A stretch of 19,906 bases of DNA from Chthonomonadales bacterium. Lineage in GTDB: Bacteria > Armatimonadota > Chthonomonadetes > Chthonomonadales > Chthonomonadaceae. The position numbers and the translations under genes were made by a program. The notes beneath the pieces are model-generated. The model had not been told where the DNA came from, did not search any database, and saw only the letters and a program-made list of their open reading frames with translations. Positions within the stretch are counted from its first letter, which is position 1. Each line of letters opens with the position of its first letter. Shown piece after piece: positions 1 through 9,473 of the stretch. The DNA is taken from positions 1 through 19,906 of the forward strand of contig JBBQPO010000091.1 in NCBI GenBank assembly GCA_038217285.1, in the 5' to 3' direction.

Positions 1-123
1 CGGGCCATTGGTCGTTATTCCTATACGCGAAACGCACCAGGTTATGCCTCTCCACCAGCGATCAAAGCAAAATAGCCGATGCGACCAGTCGCCCCTACTA
101 CCCGTTAGAAAGAGTAAGAAATT

Positions 124-3100
124 ATGTGGATTGTTCAGCTCGCGCTGCGCCGACCATATACGTTTATAGTGATGGCCCTGCTCATTGTCATCCTGGGAGC
201 CGTCACAATTCAGCGCACGCCGACCGACGTCTTTCCCGTGATCGACATCCCGGTCGTCAGCGTCATCTGGAGCTTCGGCGGCATATCGCCGGACGAGATG
301 GAAAAGCGCATCGTCACGATCAGCGAGCGCGCCGCGACCACGACGGTTGCGGACATCGAGCATATCGAATCGCAGTCGATGCCCGGTGTGGCCGTCATCA
401 AGTTCTACTTTCAGCCGGGAGCGAAGGTCGAGGCCGGCGTCGCGCAGTTGACCTCCATTTCTCAGACCCTGCTCCGCATTATGCCGCCCGGTATCACGCC
501 ACCGCTGATTATCCGATATAGCGCGTCGAGTGTGCCGATCCTTCAGATGAGCGCGAACAGCAAGACGCTTGCCGAGCAGCAGCTCTACGACCTGAGTATC
601 AACTTTGTTCGCACACAGTTGGCGACGATTCAGGGGGCTTCGATTCCCCTTCCGTACGGCGGGAAAGCGCGCCAGATCATCATCGATCTCGATCCGGAAG
701 CGATGGTCGCGCGGGGTGTCTCCGCCGTCGACGTCAACAACGCCATCAGCCTACAGAACCTGATCGTGCCTGCCGGCACCGCGAAAATGGGGGAGCGGGA
801 ATACAACATCCGCCTGAACAGCAGTCCCGATTCGGTGGAGGGCTTGAACAACCTGCCGATCAAGCAGGTTAACGGCGCGATCATCTATATACGCGATGTG
901 GCCCATGTGCACGATGGCTTCGCGGTTCAGAACAATATCGTCAACCAGAACGGCAAACGCGCCGCCCTGCTGACCATCCTGAAAACCGGTGACGCCTCGA
1001 CCCTGACCGTCGTGGACCGAATTAAACAGGCGCTGCCGAAGGTACGCGCCACCCTGCCCCCGGCGCTGAACCTGCAGACGATGTTCGACCAGTCCGTTTT
1101 CGTCCGCGCATCGGTCAGCGGTGTCGTGAAAGAAGCGCTGATAGCGGCCTGTCTGACGGCAGCGATGATCCTGCTCTTCCTGGGAAGTTGGCGCAGCACC
1201 CTGATCGTCTCCATCTCGATTCCGCTCTCCATTCTGACCTCCATCATCGTATTGGGAGCCATTGGGCAGACGCTGAACGTGATGACGCTCGGAGGGCTCG
1301 CCCTTGCGGTCGGTATTCTCGTCGATGACGCCACCGTCGAGATCGAGAACGTTCACCGCAATATGGGTCTGGGCAAACCGCTGACGCGCGCTATTCTCGA
1401 TGGCGCGCAACAGATCGCGGCCCCGACCTTCGTCTCGACATTAAGCATCTGTATCGTCTTCGTGCCGGTCGTTTTTCTCAGCGGCGCGGCGAAATCGCTC
1501 TTTACTCCCCTGGCGATGGCGGTCGTCTTCGCCATGCTCAGCTCCTACCTGCTGTCGCGCACACTGGTGCCCGTGATGGTCAAACTGATGCTCCGATCAG
1601 AGCTGCACCTGTACCAGTCCCACGGGCCTGCGGTCACCAAAGACCCGATCTGGAAGATTCACGAGAAGTTCAACGGCGTGTTCGAGCGCTTCCGCACCAG
1701 CTATGTCGGCCTGCTGGAGTGGGCGCTCCATCATCGAATGGTCGTGGCCGTGATGTTCGGAACCTTCTTCCTCGGGTCGTTCCTGTTGCTGCCGATGATC
1801 GGCCAGGACTTTTTCCCAACGGTAGACGCAGGCCAGTTCCGGCTGCACGTTCGCGCTCCGTCCGGCACCCGCATCGAGCAGACCGAGCGCCTGTTCCATG
1901 AGGTCGAAAACGAGATCCGCCGCACCATACCCGCAAAAGAGTTGAATATGACGCTCGATAACATCGGCCTTCCGGTCGGCGGCGTCAACCTCGCGTTCAG
2001 CGACAATGCCTCCATCGGCCCTGCCGACGGAGAGATCCTGGTCTCTCTGAACGAGAAGCACGGCTCGACGCCGGAGTATGTCCACCAACTGCGTCGTCGC
2101 CTCCATGATAAATTTCCGCAGTTGGTCTTCTTCTTCCAGCCCGCCGACATCGTCAGTCAGATCCTGAACTTCGGACTGCCCGCGCCCATCGATATTCAGG
2201 TGGTCGGACGGGATAAGGGCAACTTCGCGATCGCCACGCAGATCGCGGCGAAGCTGAAGAACGTACCGGGCGCGGTAGACGTCCATGTGCATCAGGTTCT
2301 GGATGCGCCGGAACTGCATATCAATGTCGACCGTGAGCGGGCGCAGCAGTTGGGTCTGACGCAGCGCGATGTGGCAAACAATATGCTCATCTCGCTCAGT
2401 TCGAGTGGGCAGTCCTCCCCGAACTACTGGCTCGACCCCAAAAACGGCGTCAGCTATCTGGTCGCCGCGCAGACGCCGCAGTATAAGATCCATTCTGTGG
2501 AAGAGCTGCAGAACACGCCGATCCTCGGCAGCACACCGGGAACGCCCCAACTACTCAACAATGTAGCGACGGTCGAGCGCGGCAAATCGGCGCAGGTCAT
2601 CAACCACTACAACGTCCAGCCCGTCTTCGACATCTACGCCAACGTGCAGGGCCGGGACCTCGGAGGCGTTTCGCATGATGTCGATAAGATCCTGGCCGGG
2701 GTGAACCAACACCTGCCTCGCGGCACGACCACCATTGTACGCGGCCAGGTGCAGAGCATGAACTCGTCCTTTCTCGGCCTCGGTCTGGGACTGATCTTCG
2801 CGATTTTGCTCGTCTACCTGCTCATGGTCGTCAACTTCCAGTCCTGGCTCGATCCGTTCATCATCATCACGGCTCTGCCGGGAGCGTTGAGCGGCATCGT
2901 CTGGATACTCTTCGTCACCCAGACCACGTTCAGTGTGCCGTCGCTCATGGGCGCGATCATGTGTATCGGCGTCGCCACCGCGAACAGTATTCTGCTTGTC
3001 ACCTTCGCCAACGAACGCCGCCAGGAGGGTGACGACGCGTTCACGGCGGCGCTGACCGCCGGCTTCACACGGCTGCGGCCCGTCTTGATGACTGCCCTGG

Positions 3101-3312
3101 CGATGATCATAGGAATGCTGCCGATGGCGCTCGGTCTGGGCGAAGGCGGAGAGCAGAACGCCCCCCTGGGCCGCGCCGTCATAGGCGGATTGGCCTGCGC
3201 CACCGTGACCACCCTGTTCTTCGTTCCCGTCGTCTACAGTGTGTTGCGACGCCGTCAGCCGAAGCACGAGGACGAGGAGGCCGATGCCGACCTGTCCCCG
3301 TCCGCAGCCTGA
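124..3312 (+). CDS. RND efflux transporter permease subunit (AcrB/AcrD/AcrF superfamily)
   Basis: 1062 aa with RND layout: N-terminal TM, two large periplasmic loops and two TM bundles. Motifs GILVDDATVEIEN (TM4 Asp-Asp), DFFPTVDAG, RLRPVLMT and APLGRAVIGGL. Confidence 0.97.
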   Translation: MWIVQLALRRPYTFIVMALLIVILGAVTIQRTPTDVFPVIDIPVVSVIWSFGGISPDEMEKRIVTISERAATTTVADIEHIESQSMPGVAVIKFYFQPGAKVEAGVAQLTSISQTLLRIMPPGITPPLIIRYSASSVPILQMSANSKTLAEQQLYDLSINFVRTQLATIQGASIPLPYGGKARQIIIDLDPEAMVARGVSAVDVNNAISLQNLIVPAGTAKMGEREYNIRLNSSPDSVEGLNNLPIKQVNGAIIYIRDVAHVHDGFAVQNNIVNQNGKRAALLTILKTGDASTLTVVDRIKQALPKVRATLPPALNLQTMFDQSVFVRASVSGVVKEALIAACLTAAMILLFLGSWRSTLIVSISIPLSILTSIIVLGAIGQTLNVMTLGGLALAVGILVDDATVEIENVHRNMGLGKPLTRAILDGAQQIAAPTFVSTLSICIVFVPVVFLSGAAKSLFTPLAMAVVFAMLSSYLLSRTLVPVMVKLMLRSELHLYQSHGPAVTKDPIWKIHEKFNGVFERFRTSYVGLLEWALHHRMVVAVMFGTFFLGSFLLLPMIGQDFFPTVDAGQFRLHVRAPSGTRIEQTERLFHEVENEIRRTIPAKELNMTLDNIGLPVGGVNLAFSDNASIGPADGEILVSLNEKHGSTPEYVHQLRRRLHDKFPQLVFFFQPADIVSQILNFGLPAPIDIQVVGRDKGNFAIATQIAAKLKNVPGAVDVHVHQVLDAPELHINVDRERAQQLGLTQRDVANNMLISLSSSGQSSPNYWLDPKNGVSYLVAAQTPQYKIHSVEELQNTPILGSTPGTPQLLNNVATVERGKSAQVINHYNVQPVFDIYANVQGRDLGGVSHDVDKILAGVNQHLPRGTTTIVRGQVQSMNSSFLGLGLGLIFAILLVYLLMVVNFQSWLDPFIIITALPGALSGIVWILFVTQTTFSVPSLMGAIMCIGVATANSILLVTFANERRQEGDDAFTAALTAGFTRLRPVLMTALAMIIGMLPMALGLGEGGEQNAPLGRAVIGGLACATVTTLFFVPVVYSVLRRRQPKHEDEEADADLSPSAA

Positions 3313-3426
3313 ATTGATCCATGACGCAACTGCCCAAGTGAGGCGTCTAAACAAAAAGTTCACCCAGACCGCGCCCAACGAAGCGGCTTACGCGATTGCT
3401 GATAGTGCGCAGAGGAAATAACATCG

Positions 3427-5091
3427 ATGGAAACTACGCCCACTCCTGATATAGCCCACACGGCCCCTCCCTCCGGCCGCAGAATGACGCTGATCTTCGC
3501 CGGGGTCGCGTTAATGCTGCTCGTACTGTTCGTCGTGGGTCTCCTGCCGCATCTACGCCAGCGGGCTTCGCTGGCATCGGAGGCGCAGCAGGTGCGCACC
3601 GAGGTCCAGCAGGTGACGATCGTGAGGCCGCATCTCGCTCCGTCCGATGCGCTCATTCTGCCGGGGAGCGTCCAGGCGATCGAGGAGACCACTCTTAATG
3701 CACGGACCAGTGGCTTTGTACGGCGTCGGTTGGTGGATATCGGTTCGCGTGTGAGAGCGGGCGACCTGCTGGCCGAGATCGAGTCGCCGGAGGTAGATCA
3801 GCAGTTGTCGGCGGCGCGAGCGGACGAGGCCAGATCGATGGCTGGCACCGGGCAGGCCCGCGCCGATGTTGCGAAACAGCAGGCGACCGTTGCGCAGATG
3901 CAGGCCGAAGTAGCGCGACAGCAGGCCAATCTAGGACAGGCGCGCGCTGCCGCAAAACGCACCGACGCCAAATTGCTTCAGGCCCAGGCGGCGACTTCGA
4001 CGGCGAAGGCGAAATTGGCCCAGACCCGGCAGGCGCTGGCAGGCAGACAGGCCGACCTCGTGCAGGCTCAGTCCCAGTCGTCTCTCGCCGAGCGGACCTG
4101 GAAGCGCTGGCAGGGACTCGCCAAAAGCGGGGCCGTCTCCCGCCAGGATGCGGACGAGAAGGAGTACGCGTTCCAGGCGCGGCAGGCCGCCGTCCACGCG
4201 TCTGAGGCAGCCGTCCAGGCGGCGCAGGCAGACATCGAGGCCGCGCAGGCCAATGTGAGCGCTAGCGAAGCCGACGTTCAGGCAGCCCAGGACGATATAG
4301 CGGCGGCAAAGCAGAGCGTCAGCGCGGCAAGCTCCCTGGTCGTCTCCAGTCAGTCAAACGTGCAGGCCGCCAGGGCTGGAGTCACTGCATCGAGAGCCAA
4401 TGTCGAAGCGACCCAGGCCATCACCGGTACCAGTCAGGCTACGACGCGGCGCTTCGCCGCGCTGCAGTCGTTCGAACGCATTGTTGCGCCCTTCTCCGGC
4501 GTGATCACCTCGCGTAATATCGATACCGGCGCGCTGGTGAAAGCGGACGACAGTGCGAACGCGAAGGCCGGACTGTTTGGGCTGGCGCGTACCGACGTCC
4601 TGCGAATCATGGTCAGTGTGCCGCAGACCTTCGCCGCCAGTATGCAGACCGGCCAGACCACGAAGGTGACGATCCGGGAGTTTCCGGGCCGCATATTCAC
4701 CGGAACGATTGCGCGGAACGCCGGTGCGCTCGACCCTGCCACCCGCACCCTGCTGACCGAGATCCATGTCAACAATACCGATGGCAAGTTGCTGCCGGGA
4801 AGCTACGCCCAGGTCGAATTCGGCGGTATCAAGAGCGCGCCTCATCTGCGTATACCGGCAACAGCGCTCATCATCGGGGCGGAAGGTACGCGGGTCGCCA
4901 TCGTCACAAAGATCAACAGAATTCATTTCCAGCCCGTTCAACCCGGCGCCGACTACGGGCAGGAGATCGAGATCGTCGCAGGACTCTCGGGAGAGGAGAC
5001 CCTAGTCACCAATGCCAGCGACGATCTGAAGGAGGGCACCCCTGTCAAAGCGATCCCCGCGCCTCCCATCGAAACACCCCTCAGGCGATGA
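3427..5091 (+). CDS. RND efflux periplasmic adaptor (membrane fusion protein) with extended alpha-helical hairpin
   Basis: N-terminal TM anchor; lipoyl half-motifs ARTSGFVRRRLVDIGSRVRAGDLLAEI and IVAPFSGVITSRNIDTGALV; beta-barrel motifs LDPATRTL and LLPGSYAQV; C-terminal EIVAGLSGEE...LKEG. GAGG SD upstream; lies directly after the RND gene. Confidence 0.95.
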   Translation: METTPTPDIAHTAPPSGRRMTLIFAGVALMLLVLFVVGLLPHLRQRASLASEAQQVRTEVQQVTIVRPHLAPSDALILPGSVQAIEETTLNARTSGFVRRRLVDIGSRVRAGDLLAEIESPEVDQQLSAARADEARSMAGTGQARADVAKQQATVAQMQAEVARQQANLGQARAAAKRTDAKLLQAQAATSTAKAKLAQTRQALAGRQADLVQAQSQSSLAERTWKRWQGLAKSGAVSRQDADEKEYAFQARQAAVHASEAAVQAAQADIEAAQANVSASEADVQAAQDDIAAAKQSVSAASSLVVSSQSNVQAARAGVTASRANVEATQAITGTSQATTRRFAALQSFERIVAPFSGVITSRNIDTGALVKADDSANAKAGLFGLARTDVLRIMVSVPQTFAASMQTGQTTKVTIREFPGRIFTGTIARNAGALDPATRTLLTEIHVNNTDGKLLPGSYAQVEFGGIKSAPHLRIPATALIIGAEGTRVAIVTKINRIHFQPVQPGADYGQEIEIVAGLSGEETLVTNASDDLKEGTPVKAIPAPPIETPLRR

Positions 5092-6535
5092 GCGGTTTGA
5101 GGACGGAGCCATACACGTCCGTGAGGCGACGCTGCGTACCATCGTGGTAGTAGGTGAGTTTTTTGTGGTCGAGGCCGAGAAGGTGCAAAACGGTGGCGTG
5201 GAAGTCGTAGATCGTGCAGGGGTCTTTTTCCGCGCGGTAGCCGAGAGAGTCGGTCGCACCGTAACTGAAGCCGCCTTTGACACCGGCGCCGGCCATCCAG
5301 GAGGTGAAGCCGAAGGGGTTGTGGTCGCGGCCTTCGGTGCCGATCTGATGCGTTGGCATCCGACCGAATTCGGTGGTCCAGAGGACGAGGGTATCGTTGA
5401 GCAGTCCGCGCTGTTTGAGGTCCTTGAGCAGCGCCGCCGTCGGCTGGTCCATGATGGGTGCATGGCGCTCGTAGTCGGCTTTGAGGGTCTTATGCGCGTC
5501 CCAGTTGAGCAGGCCGTCTACACCCGAGGCATGCGAACCACAGTAGAGCTGCACGAACCGGACTCCGCGCTCCACCAGACGGCGAGCGAGGATGCAGTTA
5601 CGCGCATAACTGGCCTTCAGTGGCTCCGCGCTGTCGGCTCCGTAGAGTTTGAGGGTCGCCGCCGTCTCCTTCGAAAGGTCGGTCACTTCCGGCGCACTCA
5701 TCTGCATACGCGCCGCCAACTCGTAAGAGGAGACGCGCGCAGCCAGCTCGCTATTCCCGGCATGGCGCTCATTGTAGTCGCTGTTAAGGCGCTTCAAGTA
5801 AGCGCGAAGATCGACCTCTCGTCGGACGGTCGTGCCTGGAGGCGATGTGAGGTTGGCGATGGCCTGCTCGGTATTGAAGGCGGTGCCCTGATGGGCGGCA
5901 GGCAGAAAGCCTGCGGTCCAGTTGGCGGGACCGTTCGGCGGCATTCCTCGCATATCGGGTATGGCCACAAAGGCAGGCAGATCCTGGTTCACGGAGCCGA
6001 GCGCATAGGTCGTCCACGCGCCAAGGCTCGGGAAGCCCTCGAACACGAAGCCCGTGTTCATCTGAAGCATGCCGGGCCCATGCGTGTTGCTGCGGGCCGT
6101 CAGCGAGTGTACAAAGGCGATGTCGTCCACGCACTCGGCGAGATGCGGCAGCAGGTCCGAAATCCATTTGCCGCTCTGTCCGTGTTGCGCCCATCCCCAG
6201 GGACTGCGCATCAAGCTCCCATTGCCTCCCTGGAACGTGATGACGTTCTCACCCGACATCGGCTGGCCGTGCCGTTTCATCAGCTCCGGCTTGTACTCGA
6301 ACGTGTCCATCTGACTGACCGCGCCGGGGCAGAATATCTGGATGACCCGCTTCGCCCTGGCCGGGAACATCGGTGGTCTGGGCGCGAGTGGAGCGCGTTC
6401 GGCGGCCGCCTGCCCCTCCTCCGCCAGCAGGCAGGCCAGCGCGATGCTGCCCATCCCGGTTCCCATCTTGCCCAGAAACTCCCGCCGATCCAGCCATGGA
6501 CGCGGCGAATCCGGCATATTTTCGGATTGGCTCAT
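5081..6535 (-). CDS. DUF1501 domain-containing protein with Tat signal
   Basis: Twin-arginine RREFL plus hydrophobic stretch. DUF1501 motifs AKRVIQIF..G..SQMDTF, ARRLVERGVRFVQ, WDAH, LKQRGLL, TEFGRMP and GRDHNP. Start moved to ATG 6535 (GGGAGA SD, 13 nt after the upstream stop); 484 aa. Confidence 0.95.
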   Translation of the reverse strand: MSQSENMPDSPRPWLDRREFLGKMGTGMGSIALACLLAEEGQAAAERAPLAPRPPMFPARAKRVIQIFCPGAVSQMDTFEYKPELMKRHGQPMSGENVITFQGGNGSLMRSPWGWAQHGQSGKWISDLLPHLAECVDDIAFVHSLTARSNTHGPGMLQMNTGFVFEGFPSLGAWTTYALGSVNQDLPAFVAIPDMRGMPPNGPANWTAGFLPAAHQGTAFNTEQAIANLTSPPGTTVRREVDLRAYLKRLNSDYNERHAGNSELAARVSSYELAARMQMSAPEVTDLSKETAATLKLYGADSAEPLKASYARNCILARRLVERGVRFVQLYCGSHASGVDGLLNWDAHKTLKADYERHAPIMDQPTAALLKDLKQRGLLNDTLVLWTTEFGRMPTHQIGTEGRDHNPFGFTSWMAGAGVKGGFSYGATDSLGYRAEKDPCTIYDFHATVLHLLGLDHKKLTYYHDGTQRRLTDVYGSVLKPLIA

Positions 6536-6548
6536 GGTGTTCTCCCGT

Positions 6549-9446
6549 TCAGTAGTACAGAAACTCGTTTGCGTTGAGCAGACCCCGGCAGAGGGTCGGA
6601 AGTCCATATCCGGTCAGAAGAGGCAGAGCGTCCCGCACTTCGGCATCGGTAGGTGTGCGACCGAAGGCAAGTTGAAACGCGTCTCGAACCTGTGCAGGCG
6701 GATTTGCACCGACATCGTGCTGAACCCGCGCTGCGAAGAGATCGGCCTGCTGACTGATAAAGCGGCTGTTGAGCAGGCTGAGCGCCTGGAGGGCGGTCGT
6801 GGTGTTGGTGCGCTGCGGGGTGCGCTCCGAGGAGTCGGGACAGTCGAAATTGCCAAGGAGATCGTCCCGAATGCCCCGCGCGGGGATCTGGTAGACACCG
6901 CGCCGCCATGTCTCCGGCCCCTGCTCTTCCCGAGTCCCGTAGATCGCGACATTGACGACGTTGTACGTGAACAGCGCGTAACCCGGCCCGCCCATCGCGC
7001 GGTCCAGCTTGCCGGTGGTGAGAAGGATGGCGTCGCGCACCGCTTCGGCCTCCATGCGCCGCAGCGGCATGCGCCAGAGCAGGCGGTCATCCGCATCTTT
7101 CGCGCCTCCTGCCGGACTGACCGCACTCGTCTGGCGGTACGTATAGGACGTTACGAGGAGCCGGTGCAGGCGTTTCAGTCGCCATCCGTGCGTCATAAGA
7201 TCGTTCGCCAGCCAGTCCAGTAACGCTGGATGTGTCGGCGGCGACCCAATATTCCCGAAGTCGCTTGGCGTATCGACGATGCCGTGCCCAAAATGATGTT
7301 CCCACACGCGATTGACGCAGACTCGAGCGGTGAGCGGATTGCGGGGATCGGTGATCCATTTCGCCAGCAACAGCCGAGGATCGGCCTGGGTGTCGCCCAT
7401 TTCCACATTACCGGCCAGACGCAGGCGGATGAGCTTCTCCTGCTCGTTCGCGGCCCTATCGGTCGGCAGCAGATCGGGACGCAGCGCGGTTATCTTCGAG
7501 AGCGCGCCCGGCGTCATCCGCTCCTCCCGACGCATCACGTCGCCGCCTTTCAAGAGGAAGGTCGGATCGGGCTGTGTAAACTGGCCGCAGTAAGCCATTC
7601 TTATGGGCAGCAGATTGGATTCGCGTTGCTTCAACGCCGCCAGTTCGGTGTTCCATTCATCGGATTGCACGCGCTCGGCAGGTTTCATGGCGGCAAGAAG
7701 CGCGGCAGTGGGCAGCGTATCGGAGGGCTTCGACCGGTCACCGCCGTTCGCCACTTCTCGCCAGGTGCGGCCATCCTCCGAGACGTCTATGCGATAGGCC
7801 GTTGGAAGTCGATCGTGCAGCCTCTCTTCGCGATCCCGCTCCCACAGGAGGCGGGAGATACGCGTCGGCTGTGGAAGTTCGATCTGCGCCCAGCCGCCGC
7901 CCGGCTCGTTGCTGATCCAACTGTGGTTGTTGCCCAGTATCCCGTCGTTCAGATGCGCGACCTGATGGATCGCATAGCCAGGAAGCAGGGAGGACGCGGT
8001 CGCCTTCGCCCCGCGTGACGCCAGCGCTACATTGACGTCGCTGTCCGGCCCGAATATCTGCAGCTCATCCAGACAGGGCTGACTCCCGTCGTTGGTCGCC
8101 AGCACGGTAAAGCGCACGAACCGCGCCACGTTCGGAGCGAACTCCTCGACATTGAGATGCCCATTGATAGCCGACCGCCGCTTCGGCTCCCCTCCCCGCA
8201 CACGGTTCTGCACCTCGACTCTCAGGCGATCCAGTTGCGCCGTCCGCTGCTGTATACCGGCTTCAATCTGTTTGAGTTCGTCCTGCTGGGCACCTGGGAG
8301 CAGACGCGGTGACAGCGGGCTCTCGCCATGCCGCACACCTGCGAACACGCATGTCAGGCGATAGTAGTCTCGGGTAGGAATGGGGTCGAACTTGTGGTCG
8401 TGGCATTTGGCGCAGTTGATCGTCAGCCCGAGGAAGGCGGCGCCCGTCGTGGAGACCATATCGTCGAGATCGTTGGAACGCTGTTGGCGCGTCCCCTCTT
8501 CAGTCGAGTTACCCACGGTGTCGTGGATACCGGCTACCAGGAAACCTGTCGCGACTTCGACGTTCGGATCCCCTTTACCGACAATGTCGCCTGCCAACTG
8601 TTCGGTCACGAACTGGTTGAACGGCTTGTCCTGATTGAATGCGCGGATCACATAGTCGCGATACGGCCAGGCGGTCGGCCGCAAATGGTTCTGCTCATAG
8701 CCATGACTTTCGCCGTAGCGCACCACATCCAGCCAGTGCCTTCCCCAACGCTCGCCATAGGCAGCCGATGCCAGCAGGCGGTCCACGACCCTGTCATAGG
8801 CTGCAGGAGAGCGATCCGTGAGGAAGGACTGTACTTCGGCAGGCGTAGGAGGCAGGCCGGTCAGGTCAACCGTGACACGGCGGAGAAGCGCAAGCCGACC
8901 GGCGGGCGGCGAGGGCCGCAACCCGCGCTTTTCCAAGGTTGCGAACAAAAACCGGTCGATGGGATTGGTCGAGAGGGCATCGAACCGTGAGGCTGGGACG
9001 ACCGGATGACGAACCGGCTGGAACGACCAGAGCGGCTTTAGAGCGGGCTTGATCTCGGTGAGCGGCTCCTGGGAATAGGCCGCGCCTGCGGCAATCCAGC
9101 GCCGGAGCAGGGCGATCTCCGCGTCCGGGAGGCGACCATCAGGCGGCATCTTCCCGAGCGAAACCTGCCGCACCAGTCGGCTCTGCTCAGCGTTTTGAGG
9201 CACGAAGGCGCGGCTGTTCAGCGCAGCGCTCCGCGTCGTCAAGTCGATTCCACCCGCCTTCTTTACCGGGTTGTGGCAGGAGAGACAACGCAGTGCCAGC
9301 ACCGTCGCCGCTTTCCTGGGCAACGCCATCGGGTCCCCGCCCGCCGACGTCGGTGGACCACTGGCGGCAACCGTCGCCAACAGCGACACTGACGCCGCCG
9401 ACAACAGCAACCAGGCGATGTATTGTCCTCGAATCCTGTTCAACAC
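6549..9446 (-). CDS. PSD1 and planctomycete cytochrome c domain protein (PSCyt1 + DUF1549 + discoidin-like insert + DUF1553)
   Basis: Signal peptide; CxxCH motifs CLSCH and CAKCH(DHKFDP); DUF1549 motifs NPIDRF, LRRVTVDLTGLPP, YGERWGRHWLDVVRY, YRDYVIRAFN; DUF1553 motifs NPLTARVCVNRVW, PTHPALLDWLA, QALSLLN, NEFLY. GTG start with AAGGAG SD. Confidence 0.95.
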   Translation of the reverse strand: MLNRIRGQYIAWLLLSAASVSLLATVAASGPPTSAGGDPMALPRKAATVLALRCLSCHNPVKKAGGIDLTTRSAALNSRAFVPQNAEQSRLVRQVSLGKMPPDGRLPDAEIALLRRWIAAGAAYSQEPLTEIKPALKPLWSFQPVRHPVVPASRFDALSTNPIDRFLFATLEKRGLRPSPPAGRLALLRRVTVDLTGLPPTPAEVQSFLTDRSPAAYDRVVDRLLASAAYGERWGRHWLDVVRYGESHGYEQNHLRPTAWPYRDYVIRAFNQDKPFNQFVTEQLAGDIVGKGDPNVEVATGFLVAGIHDTVGNSTEEGTRQQRSNDLDDMVSTTGAAFLGLTINCAKCHDHKFDPIPTRDYYRLTCVFAGVRHGESPLSPRLLPGAQQDELKQIEAGIQQRTAQLDRLRVEVQNRVRGGEPKRRSAINGHLNVEEFAPNVARFVRFTVLATNDGSQPCLDELQIFGPDSDVNVALASRGAKATASSLLPGYAIHQVAHLNDGILGNNHSWISNEPGGGWAQIELPQPTRISRLLWERDREERLHDRLPTAYRIDVSEDGRTWREVANGGDRSKPSDTLPTAALLAAMKPAERVQSDEWNTELAALKQRESNLLPIRMAYCGQFTQPDPTFLLKGGDVMRREERMTPGALSKITALRPDLLPTDRAANEQEKLIRLRLAGNVEMGDTQADPRLLLAKWITDPRNPLTARVCVNRVWEHHFGHGIVDTPSDFGNIGSPPTHPALLDWLANDLMTHGWRLKRLHRLLVTSYTYRQTSAVSPAGGAKDADDRLLWRMPLRRMEAEAVRDAILLTTGKLDRAMGGPGYALFTYNVVNVAIYGTREEQGPETWRRGVYQIPARGIRDDLLGNFDCPDSSERTPQRTNTTTALQALSLLNSRFISQQADLFAARVQHDVGANPPAQVRDAFQLAFGRTPTDAEVRDALPLLTGYGLPTLCRGLLNANEFLYY

Positions 9447-9473
9447 GCTCTCCTTGCCTGTGGCAGCCTCAGT

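Noticed and set aside
3790-4450. Recurrent GCGCAGGC/CAGGCC words suggesting a DNA repeat array
   Set aside because: They reflect Ala/Gln heptad codons of the adaptor coiled coil; there is no fixed-period repeat-spacer structure, so this is not CRISPR.
5144-6577. 477-aa + strand ORF, and similar long antisense ORFs (1597-2550, 2551-3378, 6342-7223, 7230-8018, 13085-13909)
   Set aside because: They lie antisense to well-supported genes and carry no family motifs; these are typical shadow ORFs of GC-rich coding DNA.
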